Below are positions 51,476 through 61,082 of a DNA stretch of 64,000 nucleotides, piece by piece. The notes under the pieces were generated by a model. That model did not search any database. It was not told the DNA's origin and saw nothing but the letters and a program-made list of their open reading frames with translations. This DNA is from Gemmatimonadaceae bacterium (GTDB lineage: Bacteria > Gemmatimonadota > Gemmatimonadetes > Gemmatimonadales > Gemmatimonadaceae). Positions within the stretch are counted from its first letter, which is position 1; each line of letters starts with the position of its first letter. Made by a program: the position numbers and the translations under genes. Location of the stretch: NCBI GenBank assembly GCA_025928185.1, contig JAICKA010000004.1, forward strand, positions 19,008-83,007, given 5' to 3'.

Positions 51476-52350
51476 TCGAGGTTCTCCACCTGCTCGCGGA
51501 TCCGTTCCAGCTCCTCCTTGATGAGGATCACATCCTGGAGAATCGCCGCGTCGTTCGCCTTGCTGCCGGTGGTGTTCGCCTCGCGAAGCATCTCCTGGAG
51601 CAAAAACCCCAGCCGCTTGCCGATTCCGTCGCTCTCCTTCGATGCGAGCGTTGCCCGAACGGCTGCCAGGTGCGCATGGAACCGGCTGATCTCCTCGGAG
51701 ACGTCGAGTCGGTCGGCGAGAATCGCAATTTCCTGTGCGATGCGCTGATCGTCAACCGCGACTCCGCCGGCGAGCTCGCGCACAGCCTCGCGCAGCCGAT
51801 CCCGTTGTTCGACGAGTCGCGCTGGCGCGCGCGCGGCAATTCGGTCGACGGCCTGTTCGACCAGGTCGAGCCGCTCGCCAATGTACGCCGCGAGGTGCGT
51901 GCCTTCCGTCGTGCGCATCGCGTCGAGCGCGCCGAGCGCCTGTTCGACGATGGCAACGAGCTCGGACGCCCTGCCTTCCTCGGTCGGCGCCTGTTCGCCC
52001 GACGCCATGATGTTCGGCAGGCGCAGCACCGCACCCACATCGAGCTGACCGCTCATGCAGAACCGTTCCTGCAGGTGGCGAATCTGCTCGACGTACGCGC
52101 CAAAGCGTGCTTCGTCGATGCGCGAGGCCTCTGTGTCCGGCCGCTGAATGCGCGCCATCAGCGTCACGTGGCCGCGTGAAACGCCGCGCCGCAGCGCTTC
52201 GCGTACTTCCGGCTCCCACTTGCTCAACTCGGTGGGCAGCTTGATGGACGGATTGAAGAACCGATGATTGACGGAACGGATCTCGACGGACACGCGGGCC
52301 GAGCCCACGGTTCCTTCCGCCGATCCGAACCCCGTCATGCTTTTTGTCAT
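51472..52350 (-). CDS. yicC: YicC family stress-induced protein
   Basis: 292 aa. MTKSMTGFG N-terminus, SVNHRF, and the C-terminal REANTTGSKAND...EQVENLE pattern typical of YicC/DUF1732. Conserved yicC-gmk-rpoZ order. Confidence 0.85.
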   Translation of the reverse strand: MTKSMTGFGSAEGTVGSARVSVEIRSVNHRFFNPSIKLPTELSKWEPEVREALRRGVSRGHVTLMARIQRPDTEASRIDEARFGAYVEQIRHLQERFCMSGQLDVGAVLRLPNIMASGEQAPTEEGRASELVAIVEQALGALDAMRTTEGTHLAAYIGERLDLVEQAVDRIAARAPARLVEQRDRLREAVRELAGGVAVDDQRIAQEIAILADRLDVSEEISRFHAHLAAVRATLASKESDGIGKRLGFLLQEMLREANTTGSKANDAAILQDVILIKEELERIREQVENLE

Positions 52351-52388
52351 ATGAGCAAGTCGAAACTACGGCACGTCAATGAGGTTCG

Positions 52389-54290
52389 TCAATCGAAGAA
52401 CTGCCAACGTACGCCGTAGATGTTGGTCTGCCGAGGCATGAGAAAGTACGGCACCTGCATGTACTGCTCGCCAAGAAAATTCCGGAACTGCCAGGTGATC
52501 GTTGCGTCGAGGATCCGGATCTCGACCAACGTGGAATAGATGCGATACCCGGGCGTGGTCACGACGTCCGTCGCCCCGCGCGGAAATCGAACGCCGGATC
52601 GGTACTCGTGCACGATCGACGCCTTGAGCCCGAACGCGCCGTTCGGAAAACGCTGCAGCAAGTTCGTCTGCAGGGACAGCTCGCTGCGCGTCTGCCAGCG
52701 CGGACGATAGTAGCCCGACGAATCGTTCCAGCGGATCGCCGACAGGTCGGTGTGGAACGGACCCCACACGCGGCCGCGAATGCCGGCGGTGAGTCCGGTC
52801 GCCGAGCCGTCGATACGTGGAGTGAACGTCGTGTCGAAGACGTGTGGCGGTGAGAGCAGCACGCTATCGCGACGCAGCACACCGCCGGTGAACCACAAGT
52901 CGTGCAGACGCAGCCCGGCTTCGCCGCGAATGGAGCTCGTGCTGAAGTGATTGCCGGCGATGCGCGTGTCCGATGCGCGCCCGATCCCGCCCATGAAGCT
53001 GACGAACGACAACGGCGTGAACTGCGCGGTAGCGTCGCTGTGCGAGATCGAATCGACGTTCTTGCCTTCGAAAAACGCCGAGATGCCGAGCGGACCGCTG
53101 GCGTAGCTGGCGCGCAGCGACGGCGTCGCGATGTAATGGCCGCCGGCGGCGAACAAGCGGCCGGTTGCGCTGAGTCGCAACGGGCCGCGCACCGAGCCAA
53201 CGCTCGCGATGTACTGGGTGAGATAACGGCTGGTGTCGAGCGGCGTGACGGCGAGCGCCGATTCCGCGGCGGTCGTGAGACCCGTCGTCGGCACGGTGCG
53301 GATGCCGACATAATCGTATTTCGAGCCGACCGCCATCACCTGTGCCCACAGCCGGCTCACGTCCGGATCGCGATAGCCGACACGGAGGTAGGCGTCCGTT
53401 CGCGACGAGCCGACGCCCGGAATCGAGTCGCCGAACGTAGTCGGGTCGATGCCGAGGACGCTGCCGCGATGTCGCGTGATGCGCGTGCCGAAGGCATCGA
53501 TGCTCAAATCACCGCGTGCCCAGCCCACGCGGCCGATCAGGCCCGTCTGATCGCTGCTCGAGCCGAAACGCGACGGCGGCGTCGTGCCGTACTGCTGTGC
53601 TCCGAACTGCAGCCCCGCCCCGTCGTCCCACCGTTTGCCGAAGAATCCGCGATAGAGATTCGTCTGTTGGTCGCCGGTCGCAACGTCCGTCCGCGTGTTC
53701 GGGGTCGTGTTCTGAACCCGCCACGTTCGTATGTAGACGCGCACTTCCTCCGCCGCCTGTTCGACGACGACATCCTCCGCGGCCCACAGGTTGACCTGCG
53801 TCAGGTCCAGCACCGATTGCCCCCTCGGATCGAGGCCGGCCAGCTCGAGCCCGTCGAAGAACACCCGCACACGGCGCACGTCGCCCATGTATGCGCCAAC
53901 GGCGGGCGATCCGATCCACCCGGCGTGCAGCATGGTGAGACCAGGCACGCGATCCAGCAGATCGGCCAGCGTGAGTGCGCCGCTGGCAAACAACGCCGCA
54001 CGATCCCAGTGCAGTCGTGCACCAATGGCGACGTCGTTCGGCGATTCGGCGTGCGTGAAGGGCGCCTTGATCGTGTCGCGCTTCACGGTGTCGCGCGCGG
54101 CGCTCGCCTTCATGGAGTCGCGCTTGGCGAGCGAGTCGCGCAGCAGCGAGTCCGCGTGCGCCGGCACCGGAATCACCAGCGTGGTGTCGCGCCGCTTTTT
54201 GAGCGAGTCGGGAATCTGCGCGTGCAGCGATTGATGCAACACGGCCCCGGCCACGAGGCCGAGGCCGACGAACAACAGAAGACGGCGCAC
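52389..54290 (-). CDS. predicted outer-membrane beta-barrel protein with a plug-like N-domain
   Basis: About 633 aa from the GTG at 54290. Signal peptide RRLLLFVGLGLVAGAVLHQSLHAQ. Plug-like LADLLDRVPGLT...VRVFFDGLEL. Alternating-polarity strands throughout. C-terminus YGVRWQFFD with an aromatic ending. No specific family recognised. Confidence 0.5.
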   Translation of the reverse strand: MRRLLLFVGLGLVAGAVLHQSLHAQIPDSLKKRRDTTLVIPVPAHADSLLRDSLAKRDSMKASAARDTVKRDTIKAPFTHAESPNDVAIGARLHWDRAALFASGALTLADLLDRVPGLTMLHAGWIGSPAVGAYMGDVRRVRVFFDGLELAGLDPRGQSVLDLTQVNLWAAEDVVVEQAAEEVRVYIRTWRVQNTTPNTRTDVATGDQQTNLYRGFFGKRWDDGAGLQFGAQQYGTTPPSRFGSSSDQTGLIGRVGWARGDLSIDAFGTRITRHRGSVLGIDPTTFGDSIPGVGSSRTDAYLRVGYRDPDVSRLWAQVMAVGSKYDYVGIRTVPTTGLTTAAESALAVTPLDTSRYLTQYIASVGSVRGPLRLSATGRLFAAGGHYIATPSLRASYASGPLGISAFFEGKNVDSISHSDATAQFTPLSFVSFMGGIGRASDTRIAGNHFSTSSIRGEAGLRLHDLWFTGGVLRRDSVLLSPPHVFDTTFTPRIDGSATGLTAGIRGRVWGPFHTDLSAIRWNDSSGYYRPRWQTRSELSLQTNLLQRFPNGAFGLKASIVHEYRSGVRFPRGATDVVTTPGYRIYSTLVEIRILDATITWQFRNFLGEQYMQVPYFLMPRQTNIYGVRWQFFD

Positions 54291-54298
54291 GGTGGCGC

Positions 54299-55777
54299 TC
54301 AGCGCGCCCGTCCTCGAACGAACTCGACGAACGTTCCAACGGGCACGCCGGTCGGTCCACGCGGAACCGTACCGAGATCCGACTCGGTGTACGCGGTTCC
54401 GGCGACGTCGAGGTGCACCCATGGATAGCCTTCGGCGAATTCCCGCAGGAACATCGCGGCGGTGATCGTTCCAGCCGGCCGTCCGCCGGAGTTCTTGATG
54501 TCCGCGACGTCCGACTTGATCAGGTCCTTGTACTCATCCCACAGCGGGAGCGCCCACCCCGGCTCGCCGGCGCGTTTGCCGGCGCCGATCACTTCCTCGA
54601 TCAGGGCGTCGTCCGTACCCAGCACGCCCGTCGCCGTGTGGCCGAGCGCGATCACACAGGCACCAGTCAACGTCGCGGCGTCGATCACCGCCGCCGGCGA
54701 CAATCGCTTGGCGAACGACAGCACATCCGCGAGCACCAGTCGGCCTTCCGCGTCCGTGTTGATGATCTCGATGTACTTGCCGTTCGACGCCTGCACCACG
54801 TCGCCCGGCTTCATCGCTTCGCCGGACGGCATGTTCGTCGTCGAGCCAATGAGACCCACGACGTTCACCGGAAGTTCCAGTCGGCCGATGGCCTCCATGG
54901 CGCCGAGGACACCCGCGGCGCCGCACATATCGAACTTCATCCACTCCATGCCCTGCGCCGGCTTGATCGAGATGCCGCCTGAATCGAAGCACAGTCCCTT
55001 GCCGACGAGCACGATCGGCTGACCATCCTTGGGTCCGCGACGATACGTCAGCATGATCAGCTTCGGGTCCTGCGTCGTGCCCTGCGCCACGGCGAGGAAC
55101 GACCCCATCTTCTCGCGCTGCATCGCGGCGCGATCGAGCACCGTCGTTTCCATCCCGAGACGCTTGGCGATGTCGCGCGCCGTATCGGCCAGATAGTCGG
55201 GCGTACACACGTTGCCCGGCAGCATGCCGAGCCGACGCGCGAGCGACTGTCCGGCGCCGATCGCTATTGCGGCGCGCAACCCGGCATCGCGAGCGGCCGC
55301 GTCGGCGGCGAGGATCGTCGCCTCCTCGAGCGGCGCTCGCTGCTCCTCGGCCGGCGGAGCCGTTTTGAGTTCTTTAAAGTCCCACGCGCCCATGGTCAGG
55401 CCGAGGCCTGCCGCTTCCAGCTCCTCGCCGGACAGGTCGCCGGCCGCGAAGGCGAGCCGTCCCACACCAAGCCGGTTCGCCTGGCGGGCCGCGATCGCTC
55501 CAGCCCGCCGCAGCGCCGCCGGGCGGTCGGCGGGGCTGCCCATTCCCACGAGCAGAATGCGCTGAATGCCCTGCTCTCCGCCCGCGAGATGCAGCGTCTC
55601 GTCGCGTCCGCCGCGGAAGTCGCGTCTTGCCAACGCACGGGCAATCGCGCCATTGGCCGCGGTGTCGACGGCTTGCCATTCGTCGCGCATGGTTGGCGCG
55701 GATGGCAGCGCGAGGACGAGCAGCGGGGTGTCGAGCGCACCAAAATCGGGCGCGGCGGCGTGCAGCGTGAGTGTCAT
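54299..55777 (-). CDS. pepA: leucyl aminopeptidase (M17)
   Basis: 492 aa from the ATG at 55777. VGKGLCFDSGGISIKP, NTDAEGRLVLAD (M17 signature), and WVHLDVAG. Confidence 0.92.
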   Translation of the reverse strand: MTLTLHAAAPDFGALDTPLLVLALPSAPTMRDEWQAVDTAANGAIARALARRDFRGGRDETLHLAGGEQGIQRILLVGMGSPADRPAALRRAGAIAARQANRLGVGRLAFAAGDLSGEELEAAGLGLTMGAWDFKELKTAPPAEEQRAPLEEATILAADAAARDAGLRAAIAIGAGQSLARRLGMLPGNVCTPDYLADTARDIAKRLGMETTVLDRAAMQREKMGSFLAVAQGTTQDPKLIMLTYRRGPKDGQPIVLVGKGLCFDSGGISIKPAQGMEWMKFDMCGAAGVLGAMEAIGRLELPVNVVGLIGSTTNMPSGEAMKPGDVVQASNGKYIEIINTDAEGRLVLADVLSFAKRLSPAAVIDAATLTGACVIALGHTATGVLGTDDALIEEVIGAGKRAGEPGWALPLWDEYKDLIKSDVADIKNSGGRPAGTITAAMFLREFAEGYPWVHLDVAGTAYTESDLGTVPRGPTGVPVGTFVEFVRGRAR

Positions 55778-55811
55778 GACCCTGTGGATTCGAACGATGA
55801 AGCGGTGCGGC

Positions 55812-57059
<1,248 letters not shown>

Positions 57060-57098
57060 GTCAGTGCCGTCTGCGGTTCGGAATGGATTGGAGGCCGA

Positions 57099-57127
57099 AA
57101 GCTATTGGCCGCCGGAAACCGCAGCAA
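57099..57127 (-). promoter_or_regulatory. putative promoter of icd
   Basis: Minus strand reads TTGCTG (57127-57122), a 17-nt spacer, then TAGCTT (57104-57099). The spacer begins cgGTTTCCGG, the same 8-mer in the same register as in the putative nuoA promoter. Confidence 0.3.
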
Positions 57128-57175
57128 GGCGAGTGGGCGTACGTACGACGCAGGCTGCTCGTGTGTGGCGCGGAA

Positions 57176-57259
57176 TGCCCAGGGCGGGACTCGAACCCGC
57201 AAGACCCGGAGGTCGGGGGATTTTGAGTCCCCTGCGTCTACCAATTCCACCACCTGGGC
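57176..57259 (-). tRNA. tRNA-Leu (anticodon CAA)
   Basis: The reverse complement reads GCCCAGGTGGTGGAATTGGTAGACGCAGGGGACTCAAAATCCCCCGACCTCCGGGTCTTGCGGGTTCGAGTCCCGCCCTGGGCA. It folds by hand into a 7-bp acceptor stem (GCCCAGG/CCTGGGC), an anticodon stem GGGGA/TCCCC with loop CTCAAAA, a long variable arm and a GGTTCGAGTCC T-loop. CCA is not encoded. Confidence 0.9.
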
Positions 57260-57268
57260 GCGCAGCGC

Positions 57269-57297
57269 AATGTAGCCGCCGTGCTGGACGCGCTCAA
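57269..57297 (-). promoter_or_regulatory. putative promoter of tRNA-Leu
   Basis: Minus strand reads TTGAGC (57297-57292), a 17-nt spacer, then TACATT (57274-57269). The -10 ends 9 nt before the mature tRNA 5' end. Confidence 0.35.
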
Positions 57298-57317
57298 CGC
57301 CGGTGAATCGGCTGCCG

Positions 57318-57905
57318 TCAGCCCGGGCCGCGCGGCCGTGCGCCACGCCCCGCGGCGCCTCTGCGATCGCCTGCTCCGCCGCGCTGGAGATTCTGCATCG
57401 TACGCGTCAGCCGTTCGCGAAGCGCCTGATACTTCGCGCGCTGCAGCGGCGTGAGAAAGCCCGCGAGCTCCTTCTGTTCGTTGCCGAGCAGGTCCGCGCG
57501 GCGGTGCTGCGCCGCAACGAGATCATCCATGTAGCGGGCGATCTTTGCCTGGTCGGGAGTCGAATCCTGCATGGCCGCGCGCAGCGCCTGCCGGGTCTGG
57601 CGCTCGCTGCGGACCATCGCGCGACGCTGCTGGTCGTACTTCTGGTCGACGCGCTGCAGCTTGAGCATTTGCTCATCGTTCAGACCAAGTTGCTTGCGCA
57701 CGACGCCGGCCAGCGCCCGCCGGACGCGACCTTCGAGTGCCTGCCGGCGCGCGGCTGGCGTACCGGGCTGCTGCGCACGATTGCGCCCGCGAACCGCCGA
57801 CGAATCCGCGCGCTGCACCGCCTGTGCGCGCGCCGCGGCCGGAAACGCGACGCCGGCGGATGCGAACGCGACGGCCGCGGCAATCGACCGCCACGTGCGC
57901 CTCAT
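57318..57905 (-). CDS. periplasmic Spy/CpxP-like (LTxxQ motif) protein
   Basis: 195 aa. Signal peptide IAAAVAFASAGVAFPAAARAQ. Helical Gln/Arg-rich body with LNDEQMLKLQ and FLTPLQRAKYQAL (LTxxQ-type repeats). Gly/Arg tail. 4-nt overlap with the anti-sigma gene. Confidence 0.65.
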   Translation of the reverse strand: MRRTWRSIAAAVAFASAGVAFPAAARAQAVQRADSSAVRGRNRAQQPGTPAARRQALEGRVRRALAGVVRKQLGLNDEQMLKLQRVDQKYDQQRRAMVRSERQTRQALRAAMQDSTPDQAKIARYMDDLVAAQHRRADLLGNEQKELAGFLTPLQRAKYQALRERLTRTMQNLQRGGAGDRRGAAGRGARPRGPG

Positions 57906-58558
57906 GCGCCCTCCGGTGCGTCGCCGCTCGTCGATTCCACCTGAATCGCCACCGGATCCGGCTCGGTGATCGGAACAGCCTGGAGATCGCCCACCTGTTC
58001 GAGCAGTGTCTGCAGTTGCTCATCGCTCAGGTCGTCGAGCCGTCCCGTCATCGCGATCCCCGCCGTCCCAGTACCGGCGGTCGCCACCGTGCTCGTCGCT
58101 GCGTTCACAGTTGCTGCCGCGGGCGTCGCGGCTGGCGTACCGAAAGCTTCGCCCACGCTCGTGGGCGAGTTGGTGGTCGGTGTCGCCACCGCCTGGTTCG
58201 TCACGGGCGCGATCGGGGATGCGTCGCGATGCAACACCGCCAACGATCCGCCGCCGACGGCGAGTACCGTGACCGCCGCGGCAATCCGCCAATCCGCCCA
58301 CGTCCGGTGGCGCGCCACCGGTCTCGCGCCGGCGCGGCGTGCCGCGAGCGGCAGCGCGCCGATCACGTACTGGATGTCCACGCGCGGCGTACGCGCGACG
58401 AGCATTGTCTGAACTCCGCGCAACAGCTCGAGCTCCGACCGGCAGTCGCCGCACCCGTCGACGTGCGCGAGCACCACGGTGCGCGCCGCGGGATCGAGGC
58501 GGTCGTGCAGCAACTCCGGCAGTTGATCGCGGATCGCCGCGTCCTGACAGTCATTCAT
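57902..58558 (-). CDS. anti-sigma factor (zf-HC2 type), single-pass membrane protein
   Basis: 218 aa. N-terminal LAHVDGCGDCRSEL (H-x3-C-x2-C). Central helix WRIAAAVTVLAVGGGSLAV. 8-nt overlap with the ECF sigma gene. Confidence 0.7.
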   Translation of the reverse strand: MNDCQDAAIRDQLPELLHDRLDPAARTVVLAHVDGCGDCRSELELLRGVQTMLVARTPRVDIQYVIGALPLAARRAGARPVARHRTWADWRIAAAVTVLAVGGGSLAVLHRDASPIAPVTNQAVATPTTNSPTSVGEAFGTPAATPAAATVNAATSTVATAGTGTAGIAMTGRLDDLSDEQLQTLLEQVGDLQAVPITEPDPVAIQVESTSGDAPEGA

Positions 58559-59105
58559 CGAGAAACTCCTTCACCGCGCGCATCGCGTTGTGATAATGCA
58601 CCCGAGCGGCGCCCTCAGTCGTGCCCACCGCCTCGGCAATCTCCTTGTACGACAATCCTTCCGCGACGCGGAGCGTGAAGACCTCGCGTTGCGTCGGCGA
58701 CAATTCCTCGATCGCGTCGCGCAACTTCCGCTGCGTCTCGTCGGCGACGACGCTGTCGAGCGCGTCGTACTCGGTTGCCGCATCGTCTTCCTTGATCTCC
58801 GTTCGATCGCGCCGCCGCTTTTCGGCGCGGCGCCGATCGAGCAGCAAGCGTCGTTCGATCGTGAACAGCCAGGTGCGAAACGAACTCTCACCGCGGAACC
58901 CGTCCAGCGAGTGGAACGCACGAACGAAGGTGTCCTGCACCAGCTCGTCGATGTCATTCCGCGCTCCGGACGCCACCGCAAAGCGCGCCAGCGCCGAGGC
59001 ATGCCGCTCGACCAGCGCCGTCGCTGCCCGCTCGTCACCGGCCTTCCATTTCGCGATGAGCTCTGCATCCTGTTGATCATCGCCGCCTCGTGCCGCGTCG
59101 CTCAT
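58551..59105 (-). CDS. ECF-family RNA polymerase sigma factor
   Basis: 184 aa from the ATG at 59105. Region 2 (DIDELVQDTFVRAF) and region 4 (LSPTQREVFTLRVAEGLSYKEIAEAVGTTEGAARVHYHNAMR). The ORF track starts at the TTG at 59114. Confidence 0.9.
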   Translation of the reverse strand: MSDAARGGDDQQDAELIAKWKAGDERAATALVERHASALARFAVASGARNDIDELVQDTFVRAFHSLDGFRGESSFRTWLFTIERRLLLDRRRAEKRRRDRTEIKEDDAATEYDALDSVVADETQRKLRDAIEELSPTQREVFTLRVAEGLSYKEIAEAVGTTEGAARVHYHNAMRAVKEFLDE

Positions 59106-59235
59106 TCTGTCCAACAGGTAGACGTCATGGGCCGGGACCCGTTAAGGTCAAGCGCGCCAGCGGCCGCGCCGCGCCACCAGCGACGCGTGTCCTCGTTCGG
59201 CGACAATATACCACCTGCTGAACCGAGCCGAGCCT

Positions 59236-59907
59236 GTGGAGCGCATCGCTCACCGCGGCGCCAAACGTGAATTCCCTGAGAATACGCTCGCTGCCTTCCA
59301 GCGCGCGTTCGAGCGTGGGGCCGACGCCATCGAGCTCGACGTACACGCGACGCGCGACGGCGTGGTCGTCGTACACCACGACCCGAAAGTCCGGCTCCGC
59401 GGCCGCTGGAGCCGCTCGGTGTCGATCGTCGACCTCGAGTGGGAGGACCTACGCGGCGCGCGACTCGCACCCGGGATCGGTATTCCGACGCTCGACGACG
59501 TGCTCGCCATCGTTCCACCGAGCGCGGCAGTCTACGTCGAAATCAAAGGCGCCCACATCGAGCACTCCGTTGCCGCTGTGCTCGCGCGCGCGGCGACCCG
59601 TTGCGCCGTGCATTCGTTCGATCACGAGGCCGTCGCTCGGATGCGCGAGATAGCGCCCGATGTTCCGCGCGGCATTCTGTTCGATCGGCGCGCACCGGAC
59701 GTCGTCGCGTCGATGCGCGCCACCGGCGCGCGCGACGTCTGGCCGGAGCGCCGATTGATCGACGCAGCGTTGGTCCAGACGGTGCACGCGGCAGGTGGAC
59801 GCGTCATTGCCTGGACAGTGAACTCGCGCGCCGAGGCGGCGGCGCTGGCCACCCTCGGGATCGACGGCGTGTGTACGGATGACGTGCGCCTGCTCGATGT
59901 GCGGTGA
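59236..59907 (+). CDS. ugpQ: glycerophosphodiester phosphodiesterase
   Basis: 223 aa, GTG start. IAHRGAKREFPENT and IELDVHATRDGVVVVHHD (GDPD catalytic His/Glu/Asp pattern), plus WTVN near the C-terminus. Confidence 0.88.
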   Translation: MERIAHRGAKREFPENTLAAFQRAFERGADAIELDVHATRDGVVVVHHDPKVRLRGRWSRSVSIVDLEWEDLRGARLAPGIGIPTLDDVLAIVPPSAAVYVEIKGAHIEHSVAAVLARAATRCAVHSFDHEAVARMREIAPDVPRGILFDRRAPDVVASMRATGARDVWPERRLIDAALVQTVHAAGGRVIAWTVNSRAEAAALATLGIDGVCTDDVRLLDVR

Positions 59908-59911
59908 GCCG

Positions 59912-60232
59912 TCACCCGGGTGACGGGCGGTCGCTGTCCGGAATCAACGCGTCGCGCCGGTCCTTCGCGGCCTGCGCGGCGAGCGTCTCCAGCCGTGTGA
60001 CCTCCGCCTGTGCCGCCGTGAGATTGTTCATGTGCGCGAGCATCTCTTCCGACGCGAGGTCGGTGCCCGTCTTTCTCGCGTTGAACACGGCGTAGCCGAG
60101 ACGCTGGGCGAATCGATCGAGCGACTGGCGCGCGCGATACAGATCGAGTCGAACGCGGCCCTCGTCGAGCGCCCGCTGCGCCGAGCGTCCAGCGCGGTCC
60201 AGCTCCACACGTAAACGATCGATCAAGGCCAT
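59912..60232 (-). CDS. hypothetical small coiled-coil protein
   Basis: 106 aa, predicted all-helical (LIDRLRVELDRAGRSAQRALDEGRVRLDLYRARQSLDRFAQRL...). GGAG SD 7 nt upstream. High third-position G+C by hand tally. No family recognised. Confidence 0.5.
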   Translation of the reverse strand: MALIDRLRVELDRAGRSAQRALDEGRVRLDLYRARQSLDRFAQRLGYAVFNARKTGTDLASEEMLAHMNNLTAAQAEVTRLETLAAQAAKDRRDALIPDSDRPSPG

Positions 60233-60325
60233 GGTGCGCTCCGGTCGGGATGTGGATGGTGAACTCTACGCAGGTTCGTCCCAGCGGTCGAGCGTGCACG
60301 GCGCGTTCCGCGACCGTTGACTCCC

Positions 60326-60361
60326 CGAAAAAGACGAGGCCTCCACGAACGTGGAGGCCTC
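60326..60361 (-). terminator. Rho-independent terminator of rplU-rpmA
   Basis: 11-bp perfect stem gaggcctccac (60336-60346) / gtggaggcctc (60351-60361) with a 4-nt loop. On the minus strand it is followed by GTCTTTTTCGGGG (T-run 60332-60328). Starts about 22 nt after the rpmA stop. Confidence 0.75.
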
Positions 60362-60382
60362 GAGCTTTCAGGAACTGATGAT

Positions 60383-60670
60383 CTACGCCGCGGTCGTCGC
60401 CCCGCTGCCGGCGGAATCGGCTGCGTACACGCTGACCTTGTAGCGGCTCTTGCTCTTGTGCTCGAACTTCACGACGCCGTCGATGAGCGCGTAGATCGTG
60501 TAGTCCGTGCCAAGGCCGACATTGTTGCCTGGGTGCCAGCGCGTGCCGCACTGCCGCACGATGATGTTGCCGGCGATGACGCGCTCGCCGCCAAACTTCT
60601 TCACGCCGCGGTACTTCGGATTGGAATCACGGCCGTTCCGCGAGGAACCGACGCCTTTCTTGTGTGCCAT
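60383..60670 (-). CDS. rpmA: 50S ribosomal protein L27
   Basis: 95 aa, [28 protein letters not shown]. Confidence 0.95.
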   Translation of the reverse strand: MAHKKGVGSSRNGRDSNPKYRGVKKFGGERVIAGNIIVRQCGTRWHPGNNVGLGTDYTIYALIDGVVKFEHKSKSRYKVSVYAADSAGSGATTAA

Positions 60671-60681
60671 GGGAGTCTCGC

Positions 60682-60999
60682 TCAGCCGAGGGAGATGTCG
60701 TTGATGCGGACTTCCGTGAAGCCCTGCCGGTGTCCGCGCTTGCGGGCGTAGTTCTTCCGGCGCTTCTGCTTGAAGACGATGATCTTGTCGCCGCGTCCGT
60801 GCCGGACGATCTCGCCGGTCACCTTGGCGCCGTCGAGCGAAGGCACGCCGGTCTTGACGTTCTTGCCGTCGTTGCCGAGCAGGACGTCGTTGAACTCGAT
60901 CTTGCCACCCGCTTCGCCAGCGAGCGAGGGGATCTTGTAGGTGCGGCCGGGTTCGACACGGAACTGCTTGCCGCCGGTCTTGATGATCGCGTAAGGCAT
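60682..60999 (-). CDS. rplU: 50S ribosomal protein L21
   Basis: 105 aa, [18 protein letters not shown]...[21 protein letters not shown]. Confidence 0.95.
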   Translation of the reverse strand: MPYAIIKTGGKQFRVEPGRTYKIPSLAGEAGGKIEFNDVLLGNDGKNVKTGVPSLDGAKVTGEIVRHGRGDKIIVFKQKRRKNYARKRGHRQGFTEVRINDISLG

Positions 61000-61035
61000 G
61001 GAAAGGCTTGGAAGTCGTGGTGCGATGAGCCTGTA

Positions 61036-61064
61036 AAGTTAGGTCCGGCAGATGGTTGTGTCAA
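61036..61064 (-). promoter_or_regulatory. putative promoter of rplU-rpmA
   Basis: Minus strand reads TTGACA (61064-61059), a 17-nt spacer, then TAACTT (61041-61036), about 37 nt upstream of the rplU ATG. Confidence 0.4.
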
Positions 61065-61076
61065 CTCTGCCGGACC
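61042..61076 (-). other. stem-loop just after the rng stop (possible terminator or processing site), overlapping the rplU promoter
   Basis: 10-bp perfect stem ggtccggcag (61042-61051) / ctgccggacc (61067-61076) with a 15-nt loop that contains the -35 hexamer. There is no clear U-run, so its function is uncertain. Confidence 0.35.
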
Positions 61077-61082
61077 CGCCCC

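Noticed and set aside
57060-57320. Genomic-island or prophage integration at tRNA-Leu
   Set aside because: There is no integrase, recombinase or phage gene on either side. I noticed no direct repeat of the tRNA 3' end. The flanking genes (icd, the ECF module) have the same composition as the rest of the window.
59115-59235. Divergent regulatory region between the ECF sigma gene and the glycerophosphodiesterase gene as a shared operator
   Set aside because: Apart from the weak ECF-like AAC-N16-CGTC match, I see no palindrome or repeat there. That is not enough to call a feature.
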